Source: an uncultured Neisseria sp. (GTDB taxonomy: Bacteria; Pseudomonadota; Gammaproteobacteria; Burkholderiales; Neisseriaceae). Taken from it: DNA of 64,000 nt. This document shows, one piece after another, positions 38,004 through 47,589 of this stretch. Location: positions 394 to 64,393 of the forward strand of contig CAUVJL010000001.1 of assembly GCA_963552075.1 (NCBI GenBank), written 5' to 3'. The position numbers were made by a program, and so were the translations under genes. Every line of letters starts with the position of its first letter. Position 1 is the stretch's first letter. The notes below the pieces were generated by a model. It was not told the DNA's origin and did no database searches. It was given only the letters and a program-made list of their open reading frames with translations.

Positions 38004-38858
38004 ATGCAAACCCGCCTGCCATTTTTTGGTGTCGTCCGAGTCAGCGGGGAGGACAGAGCCTCCTTTCTTCACGGCCAATTATCCAACGACATCAACCATC
38101 TGAACGAAAATACCGCATGTTATGCCACTTACAACACCCCGAAAGGGCGCGTGTTGGCAAATATGATCGTCCTCAATCGAGGAGAAGACTTGCTGCTGAT
38201 TATGGCGCAGGATCTGACCGAAGCCATTGTCAAACGGTTGCGTATGTTTGTCCTGAGAGCCAAAGTCATCTTTGAACCGCTGCCCGATTTTGCCGTCGCA
38301 GGCGAGCTGGACGAAACTGCCTCCCCCTCTCCCGCAGCCGAACCTGCCCTATCCTTTCCTGCCCAAGCAGACAACGGGGTATACACCATTACCCTGCCCC
38401 ATTCAGGTCGTCTGAAAATCGGCGAGGCCGGGCTTCTGCCCGAATATGACGCGGCAGCCGAAAACGCTTGGAACCTGCACGAAATCCGCAGCGGCTACGC
38501 TTGGATTTCGACGGCAACCAAAGAAACTGCCGTTGCCCAAATGCTCAACCAACACATCATCGGCGGCGTACATTTCAAAAAAGGCTGCTATCCTGGACAG
38601 GAAATCATCGCCCGCGCCCAATATCGCGGACAAGTCAAACGCGGGCTGGCGGTTTTGCGGGGCGATTCGTTGGAAGCCGCAGGCGTTACCGTTCAAAACG
38701 GAGGCGAAGAAGCCGGACAAATCATCAATACCGCGCTAACCGATACCGGCAGCCTGAGTCTTGCGGTTATCAAATTTTCCGCAGCACACGCCGATTTGAC
38801 CGATGCCGACGGCAATGCTTTAAAACAAGAAACCTTGTTCTTTACAGTGGATGCTTGA
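38004..38858 (+). CDS. ygfZ: folate-binding protein YgfZ
   Basis: Diagnostic KGCYPGQE motif. Start chosen at MQTRLPFFG (38004). Confidence 0.85.
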   Translation: MQTRLPFFGVVRVSGEDRASFLHGQLSNDINHLNENTACYATYNTPKGRVLANMIVLNRGEDLLLIMAQDLTEAIVKRLRMFVLRAKVIFEPLPDFAVAGELDETASPSPAAEPALSFPAQADNGVYTITLPHSGRLKIGEAGLLPEYDAAAENAWNLHEIRSGYAWISTATKETAVAQMLNQHIIGGVHFKKGCYPGQEIIARAQYRGQVKRGLAVLRGDSLEAAGVTVQNGGEEAGQIINTALTDTGSLSLAVIKFSAAHADLTDADGNALKQETLFFTVDA

Positions 38859-38916
38859 CGCGCAGCGATAGCGTAATAAGTGTTAAGTCAGTCCGCTATC
38901 TCTCTGCACACGATAA

Positions 38917-38970
38917 AAAGGTCGTCTGAAAACGCAACATAGACAATCCCGGCGTTTTCAGACGACCTTT
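38917..38970. terminator. DUS-pair hairpin terminator (bidirectional)
   Basis: AGGTCGTCTGAA at 38919-38930 and TTCAGACGACCT at 38957-38968. Confidence 0.7.
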
Positions 38971-38982
38971 TTCAATCCATCC

Positions 38983-40326
38983 TTATTTCTGCCAATACGT
39001 TTTCACGTTCACAAATTCATACAACCCGAATTCAGACAATTCCCGTCCGTAACCGGAAGCCTTGACGCCGCCAAAGGGAAGGCGCAGGTCGCTGCTGGTG
39101 TGGCGGTTGATAAACACCGAGCCTGCTTGGATTTTTTCGGCAAATGCCCAAGCGCGGCGGGTATCGGCGGTATAAATGCTGGCGCCCAATCCGTAGGGCG
39201 TATCGTTGGCAAGGGCGACGGCGTGTTCCTCGTCCTTCGCCCGCAAAATCATGGCAACCGGCCCGAAAACCTCTTCATTCCAAACGCGGCAGTCAGGATT
39301 CACTTTGTCCAATACGGTGGCGGGGTAAAACCAGCCCTTTCCTTCGGGAATGAAACCGCCCGTCAGAACCTGCGCACCGTGTGCGACTGCGTCCTGTACC
39401 TGAGCGTGTACGTTTGCGCGCAAGTCTTCGCGGTGCAGCGGGGCGAGTGTGGTCGCAGGGTCTTTGGGATCGCCTGTTTGCAATTTGGCGCATTCGGCAA
39501 GGAACAGGGGAATAAAGCGGTCGGCAACGGCTTCGGTTACGACGATTCGTTTGGCTGCGTTGCAAGACTGACCCGCGTCGCGGAAACGCGAATAACAAGC
39601 TTCGACGGCGGCACGTTCGAGATCCGCATCGGGCATGACGATGAAGGGGTTGCTGCCGCCGAGTTCGAGGACGTTTTTTTTGAGGTGCATTCCCGCATGG
39701 GCGGCGAGCAGGCGGCCGGTACGCGTCGAGCCGGTAAACGCCATCGCATCGGTGTCTTCAATGGCTTTCAACGTATCGTCGTTGTCCAACCATGCGCCAA
39801 TCAACGGGAGGTCGTCTGAAACCAGTTCCAGCAGCGCAGCACTGACCCGCGCCACGCTAGGCGCAGGTTTGACGGCACAAGCATTTCCCGCACACAGGGC
39901 AGGAACGGCAAAACGCAAAACCTGCCAGACAGGATAGTTCCACGGCATGACGGCAAGCACAACGCCCAACGGCTCAAAACGCACCTGACTGAGGCTTGCC
40001 TGCGTGGCAATGGTCTTATGCGCCAACAACTCGGGGGCAAGGCGGACGTAATATCGGATGAGTTCGACGGATTTATCCAGTTCAGCACGGCATTCATGCA
40101 GGCAGCGTCCGACTTCTTCGCAAACCATTTCCGCAAGCCGCTCCTTGTTTTGCGCCAAACGCTCGGCAAAGGCTTGCAGCAAAGCAGTCCTCCCGGTAAC
40201 GCCCAACCGCGCAAACGCCTGCTGGCGCAACTTCAACGCTGCCAATTCTTGTGCAAACTCTGTATAACCCTGCGCAGGACGGCGGCAAAGCGTTTCGCCG
40301 GTATAGGCGTTGATGCTGTGAAACAT
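38983..40326 (-). CDS. NAD(P)-dependent aldehyde dehydrogenase (succinate-semialdehyde dehydrogenase-like)
   Basis: 447 aa. ALDH motifs (FTGSTRTG, LELGGSNP, catalytic Cys context GQSCNAAKR). Confidence 0.85.
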   Translation of the reverse strand: MFHSINAYTGETLCRRPAQGYTEFAQELAALKLRQQAFARLGVTGRTALLQAFAERLAQNKERLAEMVCEEVGRCLHECRAELDKSVELIRYYVRLAPELLAHKTIATQASLSQVRFEPLGVVLAVMPWNYPVWQVLRFAVPALCAGNACAVKPAPSVARVSAALLELVSDDLPLIGAWLDNDDTLKAIEDTDAMAFTGSTRTGRLLAAHAGMHLKKNVLELGGSNPFIVMPDADLERAAVEACYSRFRDAGQSCNAAKRIVVTEAVADRFIPLFLAECAKLQTGDPKDPATTLAPLHREDLRANVHAQVQDAVAHGAQVLTGGFIPEGKGWFYPATVLDKVNPDCRVWNEEVFGPVAMILRAKDEEHAVALANDTPYGLGASIYTADTRRAWAFAEKIQAGSVFINRHTSSDLRLPFGGVKASGYGRELSEFGLYEFVNVKTYWQK

Positions 40327-40524
40327 GGTTCGGCTCCTTTGTATGTCGGTTTTATTTTAGGTCGTCTGAAAATAAAGATGTTCTTTCAGACGATGTTTGT
40401 TCATCAAAGATGGCGCGATTATATAGCAAACTCAGATAGAACATCTCTACACAGTTCTTTTCCTTTTAACTCAGCCTGTTGTTATCTATTTAAAATAATC
40501 ATAAGTTAGAATCCTAAAATAAAA

Positions 40525-41412
40525 TTACTTGATAAAACTTTTAATTAATTTCTCTATTTTTAGATGATATTCAATCAACTCTTGTTGAGAAGGTTGCTTA
40601 GAAAAATTTCCATATTCATGTGCACTGATACTAGGATAATAATCTACTGACAAACCATTTATGCATGAGTCAACTGCGATTGAAAAATGTGGTTCATTAA
40701 GTTTTTTTCCATTTTTTCTACCATCATCCCTTACTTGTATTCTTACTGGATTTTCATCATCTCTAATATAATTAAATTCATGATAGAACGGTTCTTCATT
40801 AAACCTTTCATATGCTTTATAGTCTTTAGAATAAGAAGTTATTTCTTTTGAACCGTACCTGAACATCATTTTCGTAACATACTTGGGATCTAAAAGGCAT
40901 TCAGAATTTTTCTGAATCGAAATAGTGTCTATCATCGGTAGATCATCCTTCAATGCCTTAACAAATTTATCTTTATTCTCCCGATTAAAAGGCTCTAAAA
41001 TCCAAGAATCTCCCTTGCGTTTGGCATGGACGTAAATATCAAACCTACCGCCCTTATAGATTTTTTCCTCGTCCGACATCCATCTTGTTGCCGAATCTCG
41101 GGACGAACCTGCCAAATAACCGTAAGGCACGCTCATCAACGTTCCATTCAAATCAATTTTAATATTTCTTTCAAAACCCGTTATGGGTATCTCATTATCC
41201 ATTTTTACTTCCTCCTTATTTTCTGAAGATGGATAACAAGCTACCAAAGCGAATGACCCCAAAACTGCTATTAGAGCTGATAGCTTCTTCAATACCCTAT
41301 CTTTTCCACATTCCACTTTTACTCTTCCTGTAACAGATTTCTGATTAATCAGACCAGCTGAAATACAATCCATTATCAATTTCTGATTCCTGTAGAAATA
41401 CCATATTCTCAT
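40525..41412 (-). CDS. hypothetical lipoprotein, low-GC orphan
   Basis: Maximal ORF given. The likely real start is internal (TTG at 41292), giving (M)KKLSALIAVLGSFALVAC, a classic lipobox. Very AT-rich. No family recognised. Confidence 0.5.
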   Translation of the reverse strand: MRIWYFYRNQKLIMDCISAGLINQKSVTGRVKVECGKDRVLKKLSALIAVLGSFALVACYPSSENKEEVKMDNEIPITGFERNIKIDLNGTLMSVPYGYLAGSSRDSATRWMSDEEKIYKGGRFDIYVHAKRKGDSWILEPFNRENKDKFVKALKDDLPMIDTISIQKNSECLLDPKYVTKMMFRYGSKEITSYSKDYKAYERFNEEPFYHEFNYIRDDENPVRIQVRDDGRKNGKKLNEPHFSIAVDSCINGLSVDYYPSISAHEYGNFSKQPSQQELIEYHLKIEKLIKSFIK

Positions 41413-41554
41413 AAACCAGCAATTTATTTCAGATAAACGGTATTTAACTTAAGCAAACGTATCATTACAACTGAAAATACAACAAAAGGTCGTCTGAAAA
41501 TATTTAGACGACCTTTTGTTGTATTTTCAAAAACCCTGATGTAAGGACCGAGAA

Positions 41555-42478
41555 CTACTCAATTCGTCTGAAACTGAAGTTCTGCGTCGCAAGCCAGCAC
41601 ACGCCTGAGCCGATGCAGACCATAATCGCGCCCTGCCAAAACTGTACAGACAGGGGCGCATTGAGCAGGACGGAGGAAATGAGAGCAGAAAAAATGGGAA
41701 TGAAATAGGAAGCGCCCGCTAAGACGGTCATATTGCCGCATGAAATGCCGATGTTCCAAACTGCGTAACCCAAACCCATGCAGGCTGCTGCGGAGACGGC
41801 ATAAAGTATGGAATCGGTATCAAAATGAAGGCTGCCGTAGCCGCCTGCGAAATATTTTGCCCACAGGATGCAGGAGACGAGAAGAAAGAAAAAACCGACG
41901 GCGTTGCCCTGCGCTTTCGTTCTGGCGGTCAGGGTGCAGTATGCCGCCCAAAACAGCGCGTCCAACAATGCCATGATGTAACTGAGCGGATTGGTTCGGA
42001 CGTTGCCGATAATTTCGGGCAGAGAAAATCCGCCGTCACCGCCTAAAACGGTGGCAATACCTATAAACGACAGGACAAAGCCTATGCCTATCCACCATTT
42101 TGCCGGCTGTTTGTTAAACCAAACCGAGCCGATGATGGTAAACGTCGGCCAGAGATAGTTGACCATGCCTACTTCGACCGCTTGGCGCGCGTTGTCGGCA
42201 AAACCGATGGAAAGAGACAGGCACAATTCGCAGCCGACGAAAAAAATGCTTGCCCAAAAAAGGTAGCTGCGGCTGAACTGCCGAAGATTCGGCAATCCGA
42301 AAATAGCCAAGAGCAACAAAGTGGAAAGGCTGTACATCACCGCCGCACCGCCGACCGCCCCCATGTGCAGGCTCAAGGCGCGTATCAATCCGACTACGGA
42401 ACTCCAAAAGGCTACGGCAAGCAGACCTATGGATGTGGCTTGATTGGGGGTAAATGCGTGTTGGAGCAGACGGTTCAT
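41555..42478 (-). CDS. DMT superfamily transporter (YddG-like aromatic amino acid exporter)
   Basis: 307 aa, 10 TM, YddG-like N-terminus (ATSIGLLAVAFWSSVVGLIR). Confidence 0.75.
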   Translation of the reverse strand: MNRLLQHAFTPNQATSIGLLAVAFWSSVVGLIRALSLHMGAVGGAAVMYSLSTLLLLAIFGLPNLRQFSRSYLFWASIFFVGCELCLSLSIGFADNARQAVEVGMVNYLWPTFTIIGSVWFNKQPAKWWIGIGFVLSFIGIATVLGGDGGFSLPEIIGNVRTNPLSYIMALLDALFWAAYCTLTARTKAQGNAVGFFFLLVSCILWAKYFAGGYGSLHFDTDSILYAVSAAACMGLGYAVWNIGISCGNMTVLAGASYFIPIFSALISSVLLNAPLSVQFWQGAIMVCIGSGVCWLATQNFSFRRIE

Positions 42479-42769
42479 GATGTGTTGTGTTGGAATTTGT
42501 TTTATTGTGTAATTTTTTGATATTTTACGCCTCCTGTTTGCATAATCAAGAGTAAGGGTCGTCTGAAAACCGATATCAACCCTCTCCCCCTCCCCAATCC
42601 AGAATATAACGAAATCGCATTAAATTAAAACCAAGCATTCTTTCCGTTTTTCAGACGACCTGTTTACAGTATCGCCACTGTTTTCAGAAAAATTCACCAT
42701 TCAACCAAACAATTAAAGCCGCGCAGGCAACGATCTGCCTCAAGCAGCCGTCCGCACAAAGGAACCGAC

Positions 42770-44545
42770 ATGACCCCAGCCAACCCGCTTCCCACCGAAC
42801 TTTCCGCACAACTCGCCGCTCTCTCGCCTACACAGCTCGCTTGGCTTTCCGGCTACTGCTGGGCGCAAAGTCAAGGGGTGGCGGGCGGTTTGAGTGTTTC
42901 CGCCGCTCCCGCCGTTGCCGCCCCCGTGCGACGCGTGTTGGTCTTATCCGCCTCGCAAACGGGCAATGCGCGCGGCGTTGCCGAATCTTTACACGCCAAA
43001 CTCAAAAACGCCGGCGTAGAAGCCGTATTGAGCAGCGCGGGGGACTTCAAAAGCAAAACCCTGCCCGATGAAGACATCGTGTTATTGGTAACATCCACGC
43101 AAGGCGAGGGCGAGCCGCCCGAAGAAGCCCTGCCGCTGTATAAATTCGTCTTCGGCAAAAAAGCCCCCGATTTGGGCAAACTCACTTTTGCCGTCTTAGG
43201 TTTGGGCGATTCTTCCTATCCCAATTTCTGCCAAGCGGGCAAAGACTTTGACGCCAAATTTGCCGAACTGGGCGCACGTCGTCTGAACGACTTGGGCATC
43301 TGCGATTTAGAGTTCCAAAGTGCCGCCGACGCGTGGATAGAAGCCGTCGTCCCCCTAGTTGCCGAGTTTGCCGCGCAAACCGCCGCAGCATCCGTTGCAA
43401 CACCTGCCGCCCTTCAAACCGCAGGTACTGTCTATACCAAAGACAAACCCTACACCGCCACCCTGTCCGTCCGCCAAAAAATCACGTCCCGCTCCGCCGA
43501 AAGAGACGTGGAGCACATCGAAATCGACCTGTCCGGCTCCGGACTGCACTATCAGGCAGGCGACGCATTGGGCGTACTCCCGCTCAACGCTCCCGCTTTG
43601 GTTCAAGAAATTCTCGATTTGCATCAATTAAGCGGCGAAGAAAAAATCCGCCTTTCAGACGACCTCGAAACCGACATCCGCACCGCCCTGACCGAGTCCG
43701 CCGACATCACGCAAAACACGCCGGCACTCGTGCAGCAATACGCCGAGTTGTCCGGCAGCGAAGAACTCAAAACCACAGCCGCCGACAAAGCCCGATTGGA
43801 CGCCTACCTCGCCGCCACCCCGCCCGTCGGCGTCTTCGCCGCCTACCCCCATCTGCTGGACGCGCAAACCCTGTTCCAACTGTTCCGCCCCCAAACCCCG
43901 CGCCTTTACTCCATCGCCTCCGCGCAAGACGAAGTCGGCGAAGAAGTTCACCTGACCGTCGGCGTCGTCCGCTTCGAACACCACGGCAACACCTACACCG
44001 GCGCAGCCTCAGGCTATCTGGGCGAACGTCTTGAAGAAGGCGGCGAAGTACGCGTCTTCGTCGAACCCAACCCCAATTTCCGCCTGCCCGCCAACGGCGA
44101 CACCCCCGTCATCATGATAGGCGCAGGCACAGGCATCGCCCCCTTCCGCGCCTTCATGCAGCAACGCGCCGCCAACGGCGATAACGGCAAAAACTGGCTC
44201 ATCTTCGGCAACCAACGCCTCGCCGACGACTTCCTCTACCAGCTTGAATGGAGCGATTACCGCAAAGACGGCATCCTTACCCGTGCCGACTTGGCATGGA
44301 GCAGACAAGGCGAACACAAAGTCTATGTCCAACACAAAATCGCCGAACACGCCGCCGAAGTCTGGAACTGGCTGCAACAAGGCGCACACCTCTACGTCTG
44401 CGGCGACGCCACCCGCATGGCACGCGACGTAGAAACCGCCCTGCTCGACGTCATCGAAACCCAAGGCAAACTCAGCCGCGACGATGCCGAAGACTATCTC
44501 AACGAAATGCGCGAAGACAAACGCTACCAACGCGACGTCTATTGA
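42770..44545 (+). CDS. cysJ: assimilatory sulfite reductase (NADPH) flavoprotein alpha-component
   Basis: CysJ-type N-terminus (LSPTQLAWLSGYCW), flavodoxin domain, FAD/NADPH ferredoxin-reductase domain, C-terminal ...RYQRDVY. Confidence 0.88.
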   Translation: MTPANPLPTELSAQLAALSPTQLAWLSGYCWAQSQGVAGGLSVSAAPAVAAPVRRVLVLSASQTGNARGVAESLHAKLKNAGVEAVLSSAGDFKSKTLPDEDIVLLVTSTQGEGEPPEEALPLYKFVFGKKAPDLGKLTFAVLGLGDSSYPNFCQAGKDFDAKFAELGARRLNDLGICDLEFQSAADAWIEAVVPLVAEFAAQTAAASVATPAALQTAGTVYTKDKPYTATLSVRQKITSRSAERDVEHIEIDLSGSGLHYQAGDALGVLPLNAPALVQEILDLHQLSGEEKIRLSDDLETDIRTALTESADITQNTPALVQQYAELSGSEELKTTAADKARLDAYLAATPPVGVFAAYPHLLDAQTLFQLFRPQTPRLYSIASAQDEVGEEVHLTVGVVRFEHHGNTYTGAASGYLGERLEEGGEVRVFVEPNPNFRLPANGDTPVIMIGAGTGIAPFRAFMQQRAANGDNGKNWLIFGNQRLADDFLYQLEWSDYRKDGILTRADLAWSRQGEHKVYVQHKIAEHAAEVWNWLQQGAHLYVCGDATRMARDVETALLDVIETQGKLSRDDAEDYLNEMREDKRYQRDVY

Positions 44546-44620
44546 TACCGCCCCAAACAAAAGGTCGTCTGAAAAGCCCAAATCGGGTTTTAAGACGACC
44601 TTTCGCATCATCAAGCCATT

Positions 44621-44688
44621 TATAGTGGATTAACTTTAAATCAGGACAAGGCGAGGTAACGCCGTCCTGGTTTAAAGTTACCACTATA
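44621..44688. mobile_element. mini-Correia element (68 bp)
   Basis: TATAGTGGATTAACTTTAAATCAGGACAAGGCGAGGTAACGCCGTCCTGGTTTAAAGTTACCACTATA. Same architecture as 28958-29025. Confidence 0.7.
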
Positions 44689-44877
44689 TCTCGCTAAACA
44701 AAGCAAACCATTCAGACACACCTTCCACCGCTTATCCCATTTTCTTTACCCATTATCTCAACCCAGCTAACATACAAAATTCATTGTCATTTCCACCCAA
44801 CATAAAACCCGATTTATTTGTTACAAACCGCATCAGGAGATGATGAACATCGAAAAGTACAAAGAAGGTTATCAATA

Positions 44878-45645
44878 ATGAAGACATTCAATAGAAAGCT
44901 GATAGTATTGGCGGGTTTGCTGGTTATGGCGGCATGTAACAATCAGCCGAACTTGACGCAAGATAGAATGCAAGATGCAGAAGCCGTTAAAACTGCAGCT
45001 ACCCCGCATTTTGAATGTCATCCTTCCGAATATAAATTCAATACCCTTGGAGAGCTGCCTCAACCTCCATCTGCAGCAACAGTGTTGAGCATATCAGCTG
45101 TACAGGAGTTTGATGCGCCTTTTAGAAATGTTCATCGCCTCCCCATACCTATGAACAAAACACTGATTGTTCCTAAATTACAGGAGTTGGGTTTTCGAGA
45201 AGATGATAATGATGAAGTAAAAACAGAAAAAGGGAAAAATTTATATACCTATGAAGTTTTAGGTCATGAAGATTCTGCTTTATATATATCATTGAAAGAC
45301 TTTATCGAACCTTATTGCGCATATCGAACAGAAGTTCATTTAAATGAATCAGGTCATACCATCAATGGCGTAGAAATATTGATTGGAAACGATGGATTCA
45401 TCTTAAAAGACACCACCATTCCCGATTTCGTTATCTCTACCATTAATCATAAACACAAGCCTGAAAACCTGTTTAAAAACCTGTTGGACAAACATATCCA
45501 AAACATCGAAGCCTTTAAACAGAAACAGCCGCTTAATGGAGAGCTGATCAGTACGCGTACTGTATACGATGGCATTACCTATGAAATCAACTCATTTGGT
45601 GGAGGTAGGAGAACAATACTACAAATCTATCGATATAAAACCTGA
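44878..45645 (+). CDS. hypothetical lipoprotein, tandem paralog A
   Basis: MKTFNRKLIVLAGLLVMAAC lipobox. Low GC. About 60% identical to the next gene, with blocks of 100% nucleotide identity. Confidence 0.6.
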   Translation: MKTFNRKLIVLAGLLVMAACNNQPNLTQDRMQDAEAVKTAATPHFECHPSEYKFNTLGELPQPPSAATVLSISAVQEFDAPFRNVHRLPIPMNKTLIVPKLQELGFREDDNDEVKTEKGKNLYTYEVLGHEDSALYISLKDFIEPYCAYRTEVHLNESGHTINGVEILIGNDGFILKDTTIPDFVISTINHKHKPENLFKNLLDKHIQNIEAFKQKQPLNGELISTRTVYDGITYEINSFGGGRRTILQIYRYKT

Positions 45646-45696
45646 AAGAAAGCCCATAACTGATTACAACAAAAACCAAATAAAGAAAGTGAAATC

Positions 45697-46467
45697 ATGG
45701 AGATAGTCAATAAAAGGCTGATGGTATTGGCGGGTTTGCTGATTATGGCGGCATGTAGCAATCAGCCGAATTTGACGCAAGATAGAATGCAAGATGCAGA
45801 AGCCGTTAAAACTGCAGCTACCCCGAATTTTGAATGTCATCCTTCCGAGTATAAGTTTAATACGCCTCCTCGGCTCCCGCCTGCAGACCCTGCGGCATAC
45901 CCGCGATATGAACCTACTCATTTCGAGGCAGTTAAACGCCTGCCTATCCCCATGAATAAAGAACTGATTGTTCCCAAATTGCAAGAGTTAGGCTTTATAG
46001 AAAACAGCAATAACGAAATCTTTAAAAGAAATTTCGGGAAGAAAAACATGTATAGCGCCGCTGACTACCTTGCCAATCTTTTTTCTATAACAATAATTTT
46101 AAAAGACTTTGCCAATCCGGAATGTCCGTACGGTGTCGATATATATCATGTCAATAACAAGGTAGACGGTGTGGATGCTGTGATTGGGTATAACGGCCTG
46201 ATCTTTCAAGACACCACCATCCCTGATTTAATCATTTCCACCATGGACCATAAAAATAAACCGGACCACCTGTTTAAAAACCTGTTGGACAAACATATCC
46301 AAAACATCGAAGCCTTTAAACAGAAACAGCCGCTGAATGAAGAGCTGATCAGTACACGCGCCGTGTATGATGGCATTACCTATGAAATCAATTCTTTCAA
46401 GGGCGGCAGGTCAACCAATCTGCAAATCTATCGATATAAAGACAAGTCAAACAAAAAATCTCATTAA
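45697..46467 (+). CDS. hypothetical lipoprotein, tandem paralog B
   Basis: MEIVNKRLMVLAGLLIMAAC lipobox. Paralog of 44878..45645. Confidence 0.6.
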   Translation: MEIVNKRLMVLAGLLIMAACSNQPNLTQDRMQDAEAVKTAATPNFECHPSEYKFNTPPRLPPADPAAYPRYEPTHFEAVKRLPIPMNKELIVPKLQELGFIENSNNEIFKRNFGKKNMYSAADYLANLFSITIILKDFANPECPYGVDIYHVNNKVDGVDAVIGYNGLIFQDTTIPDLIISTMDHKNKPDHLFKNLLDKHIQNIEAFKQKQPLNEELISTRAVYDGITYEINSFKGGRSTNLQIYRYKDKSNKKSH

Positions 46468-46641
46468 AACACAGGAGTCAACCGCTCATAACACAGGTCG
46501 TCTGAAAACCTCAAACCGACAATATTGCAAACACGGCAATCGGTTTCGCAATGCCAAACCTGTGTTTTCAGACGACCCGTCCATATGCCGCAGCCTCTCA
46601 AAATCGGGTATGATTCCCCCTTTCAAATCAGGAGCCTGACT

Positions 46642-47433
46642 ATGCAGACGCAAGCCGTTATCCGCCATATTGCCGACTGGCTGAAAAACTATGCCGCCGC
46701 CGCACACGCCAAAGGGTTTGTTGTCGGCGTTTCCGGCGGTATCGATTCCGCAGTCGTTTCCGCCATCGCAGCACGGACGGGGCTGAAGGTTCTGCTGCTT
46801 GAAATGCCCATCCGCCAAAAAGCCGACCAAGTCAGTCGCGCGCAGGAGCACATCCGCCGGTTGGAGCAGGCGTTTCCCAACATCAGCGGGATGCGCGTGG
46901 ATTTGACGCCGACTTTCGATACCTTTGCCGCCGATGTCGAAGTCGATGAAACCGAGTTCCCCGCCAAACAGCTTGCGCTTGCCAACGCCCGCAGCCGCCT
47001 GCGGATGCTGACGCTTTATTATTACGGTCAGCTAAACGGTTTGCTGGTTACCGGTACGGGCAACAAAATCGAAGATTTCGGCGTGGGCTTTTTCACCAAA
47101 TACGGCGACGGCGGCGTGGACATCAGCCCGATTGCCGATTTGACCAAAACGCAGATTTATCAAATTGCCGCCGAACTGGACATTGCCGAGTCCATCCAAA
47201 AAGCCGTGCCGACCGACGGGCTTTGGGATACCGAGCGCACGGACGAAGAACAGATGGGCGCAAGCTATCCCGAACTCGAATGGGCGATGAGCGTTTACGG
47301 TACGCACCGTCCTGAAGATTTTGAAGGCAGGCAGCGCGAAGTCTTGGAAATCTACACCCGCCTGCACAAAGCCATGCAACACAAAGTCAATCCGATTCCC
47401 GTCTGCAAAATTCCCGAAGAGTTGCTGAAATAA
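46642..47433 (+). CDS. nadE: ammonia-dependent NAD(+) synthetase
   Basis: PP-loop SGGIDS, plus the FFTKYGDGG and GASYPELE blocks. AGGAG RBS before ATG 46642. Confidence 0.92.
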   Translation: MQTQAVIRHIADWLKNYAAAAHAKGFVVGVSGGIDSAVVSAIAARTGLKVLLLEMPIRQKADQVSRAQEHIRRLEQAFPNISGMRVDLTPTFDTFAADVEVDETEFPAKQLALANARSRLRMLTLYYYGQLNGLLVTGTGNKIEDFGVGFFTKYGDGGVDISPIADLTKTQIYQIAAELDIAESIQKAVPTDGLWDTERTDEEQMGASYPELEWAMSVYGTHRPEDFEGRQREVLEIYTRLHKAMQHKVNPIPVCKIPEELLK

Positions 47434-47436
47434 ACA

Positions 47437-47471
47437 AGGGGTCGTCTGAAACTGGTTTTCAGACGACCTTT
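47437..47471. terminator. DUS-pair hairpin terminator
   Basis: GGGTCGTCTGAA at 47439-47450 and TTCAGACGACCT at 47458-47469. Confidence 0.7.
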
Positions 47472-47589
47472 TCAAAACAAAGAGGGTTGAAATCGTCAAA
47501 CATTGCTCCAAAATATCGAATGTGCTTACAACAGGTTGCATAAATTACCCGAACTTATCAAACCCGCCGTTTTGTGTAAAAATACCGCA

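Noticed and set aside
43333-44034. 233-aa ORF in an alternative + frame
   Set aside because: It lies inside cysJ and is an Arg/Pro-rich off-frame artefact.
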